64,000 nt of DNA from Giardia intestinalis. Its lineage: Eukaryota. The notes under the pieces were generated by a model that saw only the letters and a program-made list of their open reading frames with translations, had not been told where the DNA came from and did no database searches. Both the position numbers and the translations under genes were made by a program. Positions within the stretch are counted from its first letter, which is position 1; each line of letters opens with the position of its first letter. Of the stretch, positions 37,745-48,600 are shown one piece after another. The DNA lies in assembly GCA_000002435.2 (NCBI GenBank), contig CM018790.1, one strand, 5' to 3'.

Positions 37745-40700
37745 CTATTTGCCTACACCATATGGAACACCCCCTGGCACTCCCGGACCTATTCCAGCGA
37801 CTCCTGGCCGGGACACACCAACAGCAAATGGGGTATACCCCCCTGCGTAAGTAGTGGAAGGAGGCGGCAGCCCTACAGATGGCCGACCACTTGTGGAGAT
37901 AGATCGCTGGGATCCGATCATATCTGTAGATCCAATCAAGGAGCCTGTGGCGGAGCCACCGAGTGATGCCGCAGAGGAGATCATGGCTGGATAAGTCTTC
38001 GGAACCGATGGATTAGATACCGATCGTGAATAACTTGGAACTGCACCCGCAGAGCCAGCAAACCCTAGCCCTGCGCCCAGTCCGTGAAGGTATGATTGAG
38101 CCCCCGGCCCAAGAGGTGGCATCCCACCCACAAGGCCACCCACTGCATTGGGCACAGTGATGTTAGATCCTCCAGTAGAAACAAGTGTACTGGGAACATT
38201 GTATCCCATCGTGCGGGGTACTGACGGAGCGCTTGGAGGCCCACCAATAGTTGGCTTGTAGGTTGCAGAAGCACCGATTGAGAAGTCTGTTCGACCTGGG
38301 TACACCATCCCGGTACCAGAAGGCGTTGTTGCCAGTGTACTATGGCTGCTTTGTGATGTGCCAGAGCCACCGTATCGCATAGAAGCTGTTGTAGAAGGAT
38401 ACATAAGGGTTGTTTGCGGTGAAGAGGGTCTCTGGCTCTGGGCGCGATCTACAGAAGGGTACGTGGAGCCTGCGGTGGAATGCAGTCCTTGATGGATACC
38501 TCCAAACGATCCTACAGATGCGCTTCGCGTGGCAGAGACCGTTGTGGCAAGGTCTCGGTTCTCTATTTGGGCCTTTTGCAGCTCTATATCTAGCTGCATC
38601 TTCTCACGTTCCATAAGTTCTGTCTTTCGCCGCTCGTCGTCGATTTCAGCTTTAAGGCTAGTCATTTCAGTGCGCAGGTGCTTCATCTCCTCATGATCGT
38701 ACTGATATTTGATACCGGCTTTTAGTAATGCACATATTTCCTCTACATCCCTCTCATGGGGGACGTTGACTTGAGCCACCGCATTGAGTGGTGCGGAGTC
38801 GTATGGGCTAGTGCCTGCTATGCGTTCTTCCATGATCATAGAAGGCTCATCATCTAGCAAGAAGCTGCTTTCAGAGGCACGCCCGGCTTTCGATATTAGA
38901 TTGAAGCCCAGATCGGGGCTAAAGACGTTGTACTTGATTTTTCCTTCGGAGCTTTCTGCTATCTTCTCGTATGGCATAGCCAGCGAGATGATCTTTCTCT
39001 TGAATATGCTGAGTATTTTCGTCATTTTGACGAGTCTTGTTTCGTTCTCTGTGGTCACTGCCAGTTTTGTTTTCAGTTCGGAAAGCTGCTTCTCGGCCTC
39101 TGTTTTGTCTATGTAATACCTCTTAATCTCCTCCAATGCTTCTTTGTACCGAGCATCTGCTGCGGTCAGCTGATCTTTATATCTGGTGACCTCGGCACTG
39201 GCGGTTGTCTCCACGGTCGAGAGCTGCTGCTGCATTCGGGTGGTCATGAGCTGATCGTACTCGGATCGGAGTGTCTGCTCCATGGTGGTGTATTGCATTT
39301 CGACTTCACGGAGGCGTGCCGTTAAATCGCAGACTTCCTTTTTATATTGATCGTTTAAGGCATTGTATTCTGCCTTACGCTCACTAAGCGCTTCCTCTAG
39401 ACGAGATACCTCCTTCATGAGACCCTCAGTTGTCGCCCGCCCCTCGGCCGCGGTTGCTTTTGCCTCCATAAGATCCCTTGTCGCATTTGTAGCCTCGTGC
39501 TTCTTGCTTTCTGCATCTTTGCTATATTGTATGAGGCTTGTGTGTGCTTCGTTTAACAGATCTGTCAAATTGCCTATCTCCTGCTCGGCCATAACAAGCT
39601 TTGCGGTCAGCTCACTGCATTTCTTGTCCAGCATGATGTTATTCTCACTCAAGATATTGTACTCCTCTGTGAGGATAGTAAGGTCACTAACAGCACGCTG
39701 TTGTGTAGCCGTGGCGTCTGCTCGATCCTTATTGGCGTTGCTGTAAGCCTCCTTGGCACCGTCTAGCTCCTCTGCCAGCTCTTCCTTTTGCCTCTTAAGC
39801 TTCTCGCATTGTTCCAGAACGCCCTTCCACTCTGTTTCCAGGCGCATCTTCTCTATCTTCAGCTCGCTGTAATTTATTTCTGATGTCTCGTATTTCTTAC
39901 GCAGCTCGTCACATTTCCCAGTGAGTTCTTGGATATCCTTTTCGTACTTGGCCCTTTCCTGATTGTAATTTGTAATGGTAGCGTTTGCTTCTCTGAGCTT
40001 AGACTCTGTGTCTTTCAGGCGTGCACCCATTGTATTGGCCAGTGTGACGAGCTCACGATTACGGTCAATGGCTTCCTTCGCATCTTGTGCTGAAGATACC
40101 GCACTAGAGGTCTGACGATTGAGCTCGTTGACTGCCTTTGCCAAATCTGTTTTCAGTTCACCAATATTTGCCTCCTTCGCCTGAATGATTGTGACAAGCT
40201 TCTTGTTATCTGCACGCAACTCCAACATCTTTCCTTCTAGGTCCTGCTTCTCCGTCAATAGATGACTTACTTGCTGCTTGGACTCCTCTAGTATCTTGTC
40301 CATGGTTGCAACCCTCTGTGCTTCAAGCGCAGAAGCCGCATAACCATCCTTCACACTCAGCATTTCTTTGTGAGCATCGTGGAGCTGATTTTTGCACTTT
40401 TCGAGCTGCTCTTGAGACTCACGGAAGTCTGTGTCTTTTCGTTTCACCTGCTCTTGCAATGAAAGGATTTCCTTGTCCTTGAGATCTATCATTTGACGGA
40501 ATTGATTGTTCTCCTTGTCGACGTTGAGAGTAAGTGTGCTCAGTTGACTAACCGCCTTTGGCACAATATAGTCGTTCTTTGTCGCATCCTCTAATATATG
40601 TGCTAACGACTCTAGCAATGGAAGAAGATCTGCATTTGTCGGAGATATTTGCTGCATTATAGCCACAAGCTTCTTCGAGAACTCGTCGTCTATGAATCCA

Positions 40701-42475
40701 TCCGGTATTTCGACGTTATCGATCATCAGGATCTTCTTCATCAGTAGCTCTGCTGTCTGCATACCAAGATGCTCCTTCATCTTCTCCTTACTGCCCCAGA
40801 GGGTCATCGATAGAAGGGACTGAACGATGGAAAGCATGTTGATGCCCATCTGCTGCATAAATGTCGCCTCGCTGAGAGGAGATGATGTCAAAGAAGAGGA
40901 GCGCTTACTTCTAATACTATCGATACAACCCTCAACTCCGTGTCGAAGAGAAACCACAAGAGCACCTATCTTTTGAAGCTCTTTCAGCGTTGCCGTTGCA
41001 TCATTAGAAATTAACTGATTTGAAGAGATCATCTCTGGTAGAGCAGCAGGCTCTGCTATATGGATGTCGAAGTTAAGTTCTTCTCTCCCCGAGTACTGTT
41101 GCAGCAGGCCAAGCGTTTCATAGAGGACCTCAACGACGCTCGCCGTACGCGTGTGGGGGAACATTACATTATCTGCATACCACTGCCTACTTCCTTGGTT
41201 ACCAGCTACTTTGAGCTCGAAAATACTGTCCTTGATGGATGAAGTATAGTCTGTCAGAGTCTGATCAAATGTACGCTTGAGGATGCTGCTCTCCTCTATC
41301 TTCTCTCTTTGATAGCTTTCAAAGGCAACCTTTATATTCATGTATTCGTTCAGTTGGCTGCTCAGTGCGTGGTTATCATCCTGAAGTTGGCGCATGTGTC
41401 CTTTCAACACAGATAGCTCCTGAGCTCTCTGATTTAATGATGCTCTTGCGCGAGTGATAGCATTATCTACAGCTATATTGAGTTTGTAAACGCACGTTGC
41501 AAGCGAGTCGGTGTCGTTTATGTTCATACTAGGGTCTGAAACTGTATCTGAAATGCGATCGACGTCCATGCGATCAGAGTCTATCTGCTTGAAGAGGTTA
41601 CACTTCGCAACCACTTCCGCAAGAATAGTCATGAGCTGTTGCGAATCCGTGTCCACAATGGGGTTGGGCTGTATGGTCGATCCAAGCATGTTTGGTAAGC
41701 CCTGGACAGGAGAGTAGATGCTGTCGATGTTACTAGTGTCTCTATCCCTCCGTAGTGCGTGTGCAGTCGTGTGAATGGAGGGCTTTGGGATTGTGTAATA
41801 CCCCTCTGAACCCAAGCCGAGGACACCCTCTCCACTAATGGCGCGCTGGACATCTGCCCGGAGGCGAGATATATCTATGGTGTGGGTCTGCTCGTTAGCT
41901 GCTGCCTCTAGGCCCTGCAATATTTTTCTGATATCAGCTTTAGTACGCGCATAGTCTATCTTCAGTGCTGGATCGTTATCCTGCAGCTGCACTTCGAGCT
42001 CGTGTGCCATAATTGTGACCTCCTTCGTTTTCTCCACGAGGCGTTCATACCTCGTCATCAGAAGATTGCACAGCTCTGTCTTGTCTCCGACTGTAGTACC
42101 AATCTTGTGGTGCAAATCCTGCACAAGAGTGTCATAGTTGCGTAGCTCCACAGCAAGCTGCGCTACGAAGTCTGGTCGCGAAGTGTAGGCACCTTGCTGG
42201 TTCTTTTCGCATGCTGCACGCCGATAGATCTTGCAGCGCCGATAAAGGTGCACAGAAAGTGAGCGGAGATACTCTGGATTGTTGGGTGCTTCAAGAACTG
42301 CCCGAATGCTGGTGTCTGCCGTCTCAAAAAGGGGATCCTGCTTGAGAAAGGCCAACTGGGCAAACGCTTCCAGATCATCTATTTCTGGGTCCATCCCGAT
42401 GTGCACTTCAGGAGCATTTATCTGAGAATCGCTCAGATGCGAGTAGGCGAAGCTTCTGCGACCTTGGTCGGCCAT
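37745..42475 (-). CDS. Long coiled-coil protein (1576 aa) with ~330-aa Gly/Ser/Pro/Thr-rich C-terminal domain
   Basis: Roughly residues 600-1250 are near-continuous heptad coiled coil (SMC/myosin-tail-like, e.g. KLREANATITNYNQERAKYEKDIQELTGKCDELRKKYETSE). The C-terminus is low complexity and ends ...GGYTPFAVGVSRPGVAGIGPGVPGGVPYGVGK. ATG at 42473-42475 with AT-rich sequence upstream. Confidence 0.7.
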   Translation of the reverse strand: MADQGRRSFAYSHLSDSQINAPEVHIGMDPEIDDLEAFAQLAFLKQDPLFETADTSIRAVLEAPNNPEYLRSLSVHLYRRCKIYRRAACEKNQQGAYTSRPDFVAQLAVELRNYDTLVQDLHHKIGTTVGDKTELCNLLMTRYERLVEKTKEVTIMAHELEVQLQDNDPALKIDYARTKADIRKILQGLEAAANEQTHTIDISRLRADVQRAISGEGVLGLGSEGYYTIPKPSIHTTAHALRRDRDTSNIDSIYSPVQGLPNMLGSTIQPNPIVDTDSQQLMTILAEVVAKCNLFKQIDSDRMDVDRISDTVSDPSMNINDTDSLATCVYKLNIAVDNAITRARASLNQRAQELSVLKGHMRQLQDDNHALSSQLNEYMNIKVAFESYQREKIEESSILKRTFDQTLTDYTSSIKDSIFELKVAGNQGSRQWYADNVMFPHTRTASVVEVLYETLGLLQQYSGREELNFDIHIAEPAALPEMISSNQLISNDATATLKELQKIGALVVSLRHGVEGCIDSIRSKRSSSLTSSPLSEATFMQQMGINMLSIVQSLLSMTLWGSKEKMKEHLGMQTAELLMKKILMIDNVEIPDGFIDDEFSKKLVAIMQQISPTNADLLPLLESLAHILEDATKNDYIVPKAVSQLSTLTLNVDKENNQFRQMIDLKDKEILSLQEQVKRKDTDFRESQEQLEKCKNQLHDAHKEMLSVKDGYAASALEAQRVATMDKILEESKQQVSHLLTEKQDLEGKMLELRADNKKLVTIIQAKEANIGELKTDLAKAVNELNRQTSSAVSSAQDAKEAIDRNRELVTLANTMGARLKDTESKLREANATITNYNQERAKYEKDIQELTGKCDELRKKYETSEINYSELKIEKMRLETEWKGVLEQCEKLKRQKEELAEELDGAKEAYSNANKDRADATATQQRAVSDLTILTEEYNILSENNIMLDKKCSELTAKLVMAEQEIGNLTDLLNEAHTSLIQYSKDAESKKHEATNATRDLMEAKATAAEGRATTEGLMKEVSRLEEALSERKAEYNALNDQYKKEVCDLTARLREVEMQYTTMEQTLRSEYDQLMTTRMQQQLSTVETTASAEVTRYKDQLTAADARYKEALEEIKRYYIDKTEAEKQLSELKTKLAVTTENETRLVKMTKILSIFKRKIISLAMPYEKIAESSEGKIKYNVFSPDLGFNLISKAGRASESSFLLDDEPSMIMEERIAGTSPYDSAPLNAVAQVNVPHERDVEEICALLKAGIKYQYDHEEMKHLRTEMTSLKAEIDDERRKTELMEREKMQLDIELQKAQIENRDLATTVSATRSASVGSFGGIHQGLHSTAGSTYPSVDRAQSQRPSSPQTTLMYPSTTASMRYGGSGTSQSSHSTLATTPSGTGMVYPGRTDFSIGASATYKPTIGGPPSAPSVPRTMGYNVPSTLVSTGGSNITVPNAVGGLVGGMPPLGPGAQSYLHGLGAGLGFAGSAGAVPSYSRSVSNPSVPKTYPAMISSAASLGGSATGSLIGSTDMIGSQRSISTSGRPSVGLPPPSTTYAGGYTPFAVGVSRPGVAGIGPGVPGGVPYGVGK

Positions 42476-42618
42476 TAAGAGTGAAAATTTTACTCTAAGA
42501 AACTAAGAAATTCCCTATTTTGGACATTTTGGACAACTTTCATAGATTATTGCAAACACGCATGAAATATTTATGATAAATTTACAAAAATAGGGAAAAT
42601 AAGTACAGAAGATCCGGG

Positions 42619-45615
42619 TCAGGAGGACTGGGCGAGGGATTGCACGAATTGAAAATCATCAGTGCTGACGCAGTAGTGGGTGCAGCTGCTTCCGTCTGCT
42701 GCGTGCAGATTACACTCTTGTTTATAAAGTATCTGAATACAATCCCGGTGGCTGTATTGGATTGCAAGCATCAGTGCAGTGATACCCTCTGGTGTCTGCA
42801 TGCCGCTCTCTTTGTCGCACAGGATTCTGACCACGGCAGTTTGACCTCGCTGGGCAGCCACCATCAGAGCCGTGCAACCGACCTTGTCGACACACTTTGC
42901 CTCATAGTCAGCTAGAACAGCAACCGACTCGGCTGCTCCGTGTTCTGCGGCAATTATCATGGCTGTGGCTCCGGTGTACCTGTCCCGGCGCATCCCTGCT
43001 TCCTTTGGGGCCAAAAGCCTGACAACCTCGCTCTGATTATTTAGTGCTGCGTACATCAGGGCTGTCCATTGGTCTTCAGACATTTTCCCAGCCTCGTAGT
43101 CCAACAAGAGCTGCACAGTCTCTACGTGCCCCTTTTGACTTGCATACATGAGGGCAGTCACCGTGTTGCGTGCCGGTATCCCCGCCTCCTTTGATAATAG
43201 TAGCTTCACTATCTCGTGATAATTAGAGCGCGCGGCAAGAAGGAGGGCGGAGTGGCCCTTGAGGTGGAATAGACCTGCTTCTTTTGGGGCCAGGATTCGC
43301 GCAGCCTCCAAAAAACCACTATTGGCCGCAAGCAGCAAAGCAGTCGTACCGTCGTCTTTCTGCATACCAGCCTCATAAGGTTCCAAAAGCTCGACAACGG
43401 AGGCGTGTCCTTTCTGAGCCGCCATCATCAGCGCAGTCCATCCGCCCTGCTTGACTCGCTTTGCCTGGAACAAGAGCTTTCTCACTAGGCCTATGTTTCC
43501 GTGGCTGGCAGCATTCATAAGCGGCGTCTGAATTCCCTGCTTAAGGAGCTTCCCCTCAGCCTCAATGAGGCGCGTAGCTATTCCTTCATTGTTATGGAAG
43601 GTTGCCAGTATTAGCGCTGTTATCCCGTTATCCCGCTGATGCCCTGCCTCAATGTCTAGAAGCCCCTCTGCAACAGAAAAATTCTTGGCCTCCAAAGCCA
43701 GCATCAGAGCGGTAGCTCCAGCTTGCTTTCCAGATTGGACGGACATGCCACCCTCTAGTGGGGCTAGTATCTTAAGTACGTCTATGTGTCCTTTGGTAAT
43801 GGGGCTTTGTTGGGCGAGGATCATTAGGGCGGTAAAACCTTCGTTGTTGTAGCACTTCAATTGGCTCATAGCCGTCTTGACTCCAGCAACGTCACCGTTC
43901 TTTGCTGCTTCCATGAGGGTCGTAACTCCATTGTCATCGACAAGCAGCTGTTGCCGAGATGAGCTCCCAACGGACTGACGTGGAGAGGCATTTGATGCGA
44001 GGACGGACGAAGCAGATAGCTCATGTGTTAGTGCTGGAACATGCTCAACAGACGCTCTGAGCGCTATGTCTTGCGGGGATATTGGAGATTGCGTTTGTAC
44101 GCGCGATGCAACAATAAAGTGTGGCGAATGTGTAGATGCCTCTTGCTGCTCCTTTTCGCCTGAGAGACTGCTACGACCAGTAGGAGCATTCGCTCGAGCA
44201 GTTCTGAATGACTTTTGGTCCACTTCCCACGTCGAGGGTGCACCAAGCGCCTGCATTTGTTGGGGCTTGTGCGGCGTTGTATTTCTATTCCGGCTAGTAC
44301 GGCTGGAGATGCTTCGAACAGATTGCATCAATGAGGTAACAATTGGCTCGATAGATGGCCGCGCTAATTGTCTCTGTTGAATGGGGAACCATACATAAAT
44401 TTCCTTATCGCACGTGGATTTCTGAGCTCCTGGCATCCCACCGGCACGCAACTCATCGATTGTTTTTCTAGCAAGATCCAGCGCAGCTTCTAGACTCTTA
44501 ATTTTTTGTTCATATTCCATATTCAATCGGTCCTTATCTGATCGTGTACCTAATATATTTCGCTGCAATTGCGCAAATAGATTAGTTCCTTCTCTAAATG
44601 ATTCAGACATTGCATCTGAGTAACGCTTCAGCTCTAGTTGAGTTTGCCTCACTGATTCCCTGACCTTCTTGAGCTCATCTACTACTAAATCCCAAGCAAT
44701 ACTACGGGCAGCGCTCTGTTCTACGAGAACAGTTATAACTTTGACAAGGTCTTCTGGAGAGGCAATGGAAGTGGGGGTGATAGTGTATGGTAATTTGCTC
44801 AGTTCCAACTGGATTTGCCTGAGTATGGAGCCCAGGGCACAGTCCGTTGTTTGCTGGCGTGCATATTCATCTGCAATTGTGGACTTGAGCTTGTCCTCCT
44901 GCTCTTCAAAGTATGCTATCTTCTCCTGAAGCTTCTGTATGGTCTGCTCCTGCTCTCTATTGACTGCTATTATCCTGTCGAGATCGTTATTGATCATCTC
45001 CACGCACTCGTCATTGATGCTCGCACTGAGGCTTACGGAGGCAGAGTTGGTTTGACTAACAGGAGCACCTCTGCTTCCAGCTTCAGTCTTGAGATAAGAA
45101 CGCATCTCCACATTGTTAGTGACAGTCAGGGAGTAGTAGTATGCTGTTTGTATCTGCTTGGGAGTGAACTTATCGGACTCAATGAGAATTTGCAGGTTAC
45201 GTTGCTTGGAGCCCAAAATTGCATACTCAAGCGCTGTCTTCCAATAAACGTCGTTTTCATTACCGAGATACGCAAGAAGCATTGTAACAAACACAGTATC
45301 GCAATCAGAGGCGGCTAGCATTAAGGCTGTCCGGCCATCAGATGTCGTTAAATCATATTCAAGTGGTGCCAGGCATTTCGCTACAGAGTAGTTCTGCGCC
45401 TGTACAGCCAGTAAAAGGGCCGTGGTGTTCGTTACTATCCTGGATTCAGCCTCCAACAAAAACGTGACAACGTCTAGCCGCCCGTACTTTGCTGCGCACA
45501 TGAGCGCAGTCATCTCTTGCTTGTTTTTCTGGCCCTTCATCATCTGGAAATTTTGCTTGATGAACTCGAGATCCCCCCGCTTGGCAGCTTTAAACCACTG
45601 CAGAGAGTCACCCAT
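42619..45615 (-). CDS. Ankyrin-repeat protein (protein 21.1-like) with central coiled coil (999 aa)
   Basis: Ankyrin units at both ends (EMTALMCAAKYGRLDVVTFLL ...; GWTALMMAAQKGHASVVELLEPYEAG; GCTALMVAAQRGQTAVVRIL) and a central coiled coil (EQEQTIQKLQEKIAYFEEQEDKLKSTIADE). Starting at track position 45753 would overlap the upstream gene by 120 nt. The Met at 45613-45615 (MGDSLQWFKAAKRGDLEFI) has the initiator aaaatctaaaattaATG and leaves a 17-nt spacer. Confidence 0.75.
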   Translation of the reverse strand: MGDSLQWFKAAKRGDLEFIKQNFQMMKGQKNKQEMTALMCAAKYGRLDVVTFLLEAESRIVTNTTALLLAVQAQNYSVAKCLAPLEYDLTTSDGRTALMLAASDCDTVFVTMLLAYLGNENDVYWKTALEYAILGSKQRNLQILIESDKFTPKQIQTAYYYSLTVTNNVEMRSYLKTEAGSRGAPVSQTNSASVSLSASINDECVEMINNDLDRIIAVNREQEQTIQKLQEKIAYFEEQEDKLKSTIADEYARQQTTDCALGSILRQIQLELSKLPYTITPTSIASPEDLVKVITVLVEQSAARSIAWDLVVDELKKVRESVRQTQLELKRYSDAMSESFREGTNLFAQLQRNILGTRSDKDRLNMEYEQKIKSLEAALDLARKTIDELRAGGMPGAQKSTCDKEIYVWFPIQQRQLARPSIEPIVTSLMQSVRSISSRTSRNRNTTPHKPQQMQALGAPSTWEVDQKSFRTARANAPTGRSSLSGEKEQQEASTHSPHFIVASRVQTQSPISPQDIALRASVEHVPALTHELSASSVLASNASPRQSVGSSSRQQLLVDDNGVTTLMEAAKNGDVAGVKTAMSQLKCYNNEGFTALMILAQQSPITKGHIDVLKILAPLEGGMSVQSGKQAGATALMLALEAKNFSVAEGLLDIEAGHQRDNGITALILATFHNNEGIATRLIEAEGKLLKQGIQTPLMNAASHGNIGLVRKLLFQAKRVKQGGWTALMMAAQKGHASVVELLEPYEAGMQKDDGTTALLLAANSGFLEAARILAPKEAGLFHLKGHSALLLAARSNYHEIVKLLLSKEAGIPARNTVTALMYASQKGHVETVQLLLDYEAGKMSEDQWTALMYAALNNQSEVVRLLAPKEAGMRRDRYTGATAMIIAAEHGAAESVAVLADYEAKCVDKVGCTALMVAAQRGQTAVVRILCDKESGMQTPEGITALMLAIQYSHRDCIQILYKQECNLHAADGSSCTHYCVSTDDFQFVQSLAQSS

Positions 45616-45632
45616 TAATTTTAGATTTTCGG

Positions 45633-48600
45633 TTACATTCTTGTCATAGAGCCAACTTTCGCTGTCAGGGGACGGATGTTGACGACAATATCTTTTTCGA
45701 TAGTGCTGGGCAGACGCAATTTTCCGGCGCTGCTGACACGAAATCCGCGGCACGGTATGAACCGTTCTGCCTCGTCACGAAGAGTCCCACGAACATCATA
45801 CGGATCCTTAATGATGCGGTCCGGTGATTGAACTGCAAGGGGCTTGGCCATGATAGAAATCGGCTCTAGGCCTAGATCAGCCTTTTGTAGAAGCAAAGAT
45901 GCGCCGGAGTCATCTGCTTCGTTATCTGCGGCCACAGCTGTAATCTTGGAGATAGACTCGCGTGCAGAAGATGCTATGGCACTCCGAGGTCTCTTTGAGA
46001 GAAGGGATTTGGAGGCAGCCGGGCTTGTAACTATGGAGCTGGTAACAGATTGGCGGCCATATCTATCGCGAGTTGTTTGCTTCGGTGTGTTTACCGATGC
46101 CTTACGTGTTATGCTTATCACCATATTTCTTGTGGCCGGAGAAGGAACTGCTACTACCATGTCGTCAACTGATCTGAAGAGAGCCGAGCCACCATAATAA
46201 GGACGAGCATCACCATGTGAGCTGCTTGCTAAAAGCTCCTGATTCTGGCGACCAATCCGTACATCTGCCACCTTCATCAATTTGCCTGGTCGTGATGTTC
46301 CCGAGTCTGGCCTTCCAGGAAGTGTCTCAGATAGCTTCCTAGTAGAAACAGGTGTAACACGCATGGAGGAGGAAGCGTCATTGGTTGTCTTCAGCGCAAC
46401 AGGACGTTCAGGATGAAGGGTACGTGTCCTTATTCTTGCACTGCTCCCTATGCGTACCATTTGTGCTTCATAAGTAGCCTTGGAGGACAATAACCGAGGT
46501 TGCTGGTTTGTCGTGCCGCCAAACCCAGATGATATGAACGTACTGCCCCTCGGATTGCCCACTGCTCGAATTGCTTGAGGCTCTGACACATCACTGATAG
46601 CACTACAACTATTTTGTGGCTCTACAAATCCACTGATTGATTCGCTAAGGGGCTCACTCTGCACCGCTGAAGGGACTCTGCTTGCTTTCTGCTTAGGTTT
46701 TTCTAGAAGCAGAGAGGCCTTTTCAAGCTTCTCATTGTACCTAGAAGTATTCCGTGGCAACAGATTATCCCGAGAAGATTCTAGTCTTGCTTTGCTGTAC
46801 CCGAGCTTGGCTAAGTTTTCGGCTGTTGTGCTATTAACAGATGTAATTTGTTCGACTAGCTTTGAAATGGCAGCAGATCTTATCCGAGTTGGACGACTTG
46901 CCATTTTAGAAGTTGTCGATTGCACAGCTGATGCACTGAGCATGGATCCATGAGAGTGTTTAGACTCTAGGTTGTGTGCCGACTCCGATAGTGCTGTCTT
47001 TCCTCTAGATACCGACAAGTGATCTGCTCTTGATGGTGTACCACTGAAGGAGGTGTAGAGCTCTATGTTAGAACTCTTCATGCTACTCTTCTCTGGGGTC
47101 TGGACCACGTCCAGTTGATCTAGCGTGCCTGATTTGTCCAAGTCTTGCGTTAACAACAGAGATTTGGTGCAGCTTGCTACGTGATTAAACTGATCCTTGA
47201 CGGCTTCAAATTGGATTGGAAGGGTGCCATTAGTACATAATTGTCTAGATGCAGAAATGTCGGTAACAATAGAGTGGTTGAGTGCAGATAAGCCTAAGCT
47301 ATTATTGTCCTGGTCTGCCCTAAAAGTGTAAGATATGGAGGTTGAGGAAAGAAATTGTCTGGGTGTGAACCTCTCAAACTTGTTGTAAGGTTTCTGTTTT
47401 TTCTGCTGGGAATCGGATTTCGTGGATTGAGACACCGCAGACGTAGCTAATGCACTTGTGTAACTGCCAGTACGTTTGTGACCTTGTTCTGTACTGGCAA
47501 CAGAGGATCCTTGGCCGGCAAACATGCGCCAGTTCCAGCTTACTGCCTTATCCAGTTGTCTACACTCATTGGAAGCAGTCTCATATCTCTCTTCATTATC
47601 ATCGAGTACCGTGTCTGCCCATTTCACCTCCGATCCTTTGCCCTCACGTGAGTTATTCTCTATGGCCTTTTCTTCTTGGGACCTTCCACTCATGGAGCAG
47701 GTCTTTCTAGGGACGGTGGGATAGCTATCAAGATGCACGCTTCTTTTTTGTGCTGCGTCTATTGTGAGCTTCTTGTAGTTTGCTAAGATGACATCTTTCT
47801 CTCCCGTTGGGTCTATCCCCAATTCACCTTCTTCTAATATGGGGAAATTTGCATCCAGCTCGTAATCGTCCAAAACCATCTTTGCTTCATAATCGACTGG
47901 CAGTTCTGACAGCTGATCTTTATTCACTGATGCCTGCAAGCTGGTATTGAGCCTTTTGGCTTCTTTGAGAAGCTTATCAATGTGAGCAAGTTCCTTGATC
48001 TCTGATGGCTTGGTGCTCAGCTCTAACTCTCGATACGAATCAAGCATATGATAATTTGCATGTGTGGCTAAGTTGATGCTACTATGTACATCCTCATATA
48101 ACTCTGGGTGTTCTAAATCTATTACATGAACGACTGTTTGTCGGGGCTCAAGGGGGTACAATGGGCTTTCAGGATGGCTGATGTCAACGCATGGCTTTTG
48201 GGTGTCACTGCGTGAAACAGCAACCCGCTCCACGCCTTTCAGTGCCGCCATATCTGTTAAATTTGATGAGTCATCAGAACCGTGAACCTTAGGGCATTGA
48301 GCATGCTCAATCATAGTACTGAAGTCACCTGGTCGCGGAGTCTCTTGTCGTGAATACAGGGTTTCCATGGTTGGCGTCGCCGCCCGATCATCAGTTTTAT
48401 CAGTATCTATTTCTATATAATTGGCAAGAGTGTCGGACTCATCAGCTGGGAGCCTGGGCTTTTTGTTCATGGCAGCCGCAATGGCTTCGTCGAGGCGCTT
48501 TTGAAGGGGTATCACGGCAGTGTCTATAAAAGTCTGCGGTGGTAGATCTTCGAAATCCGCAGGAATATTCAACGATGAGCGAGGCTTGGCCGCCAGAGCA

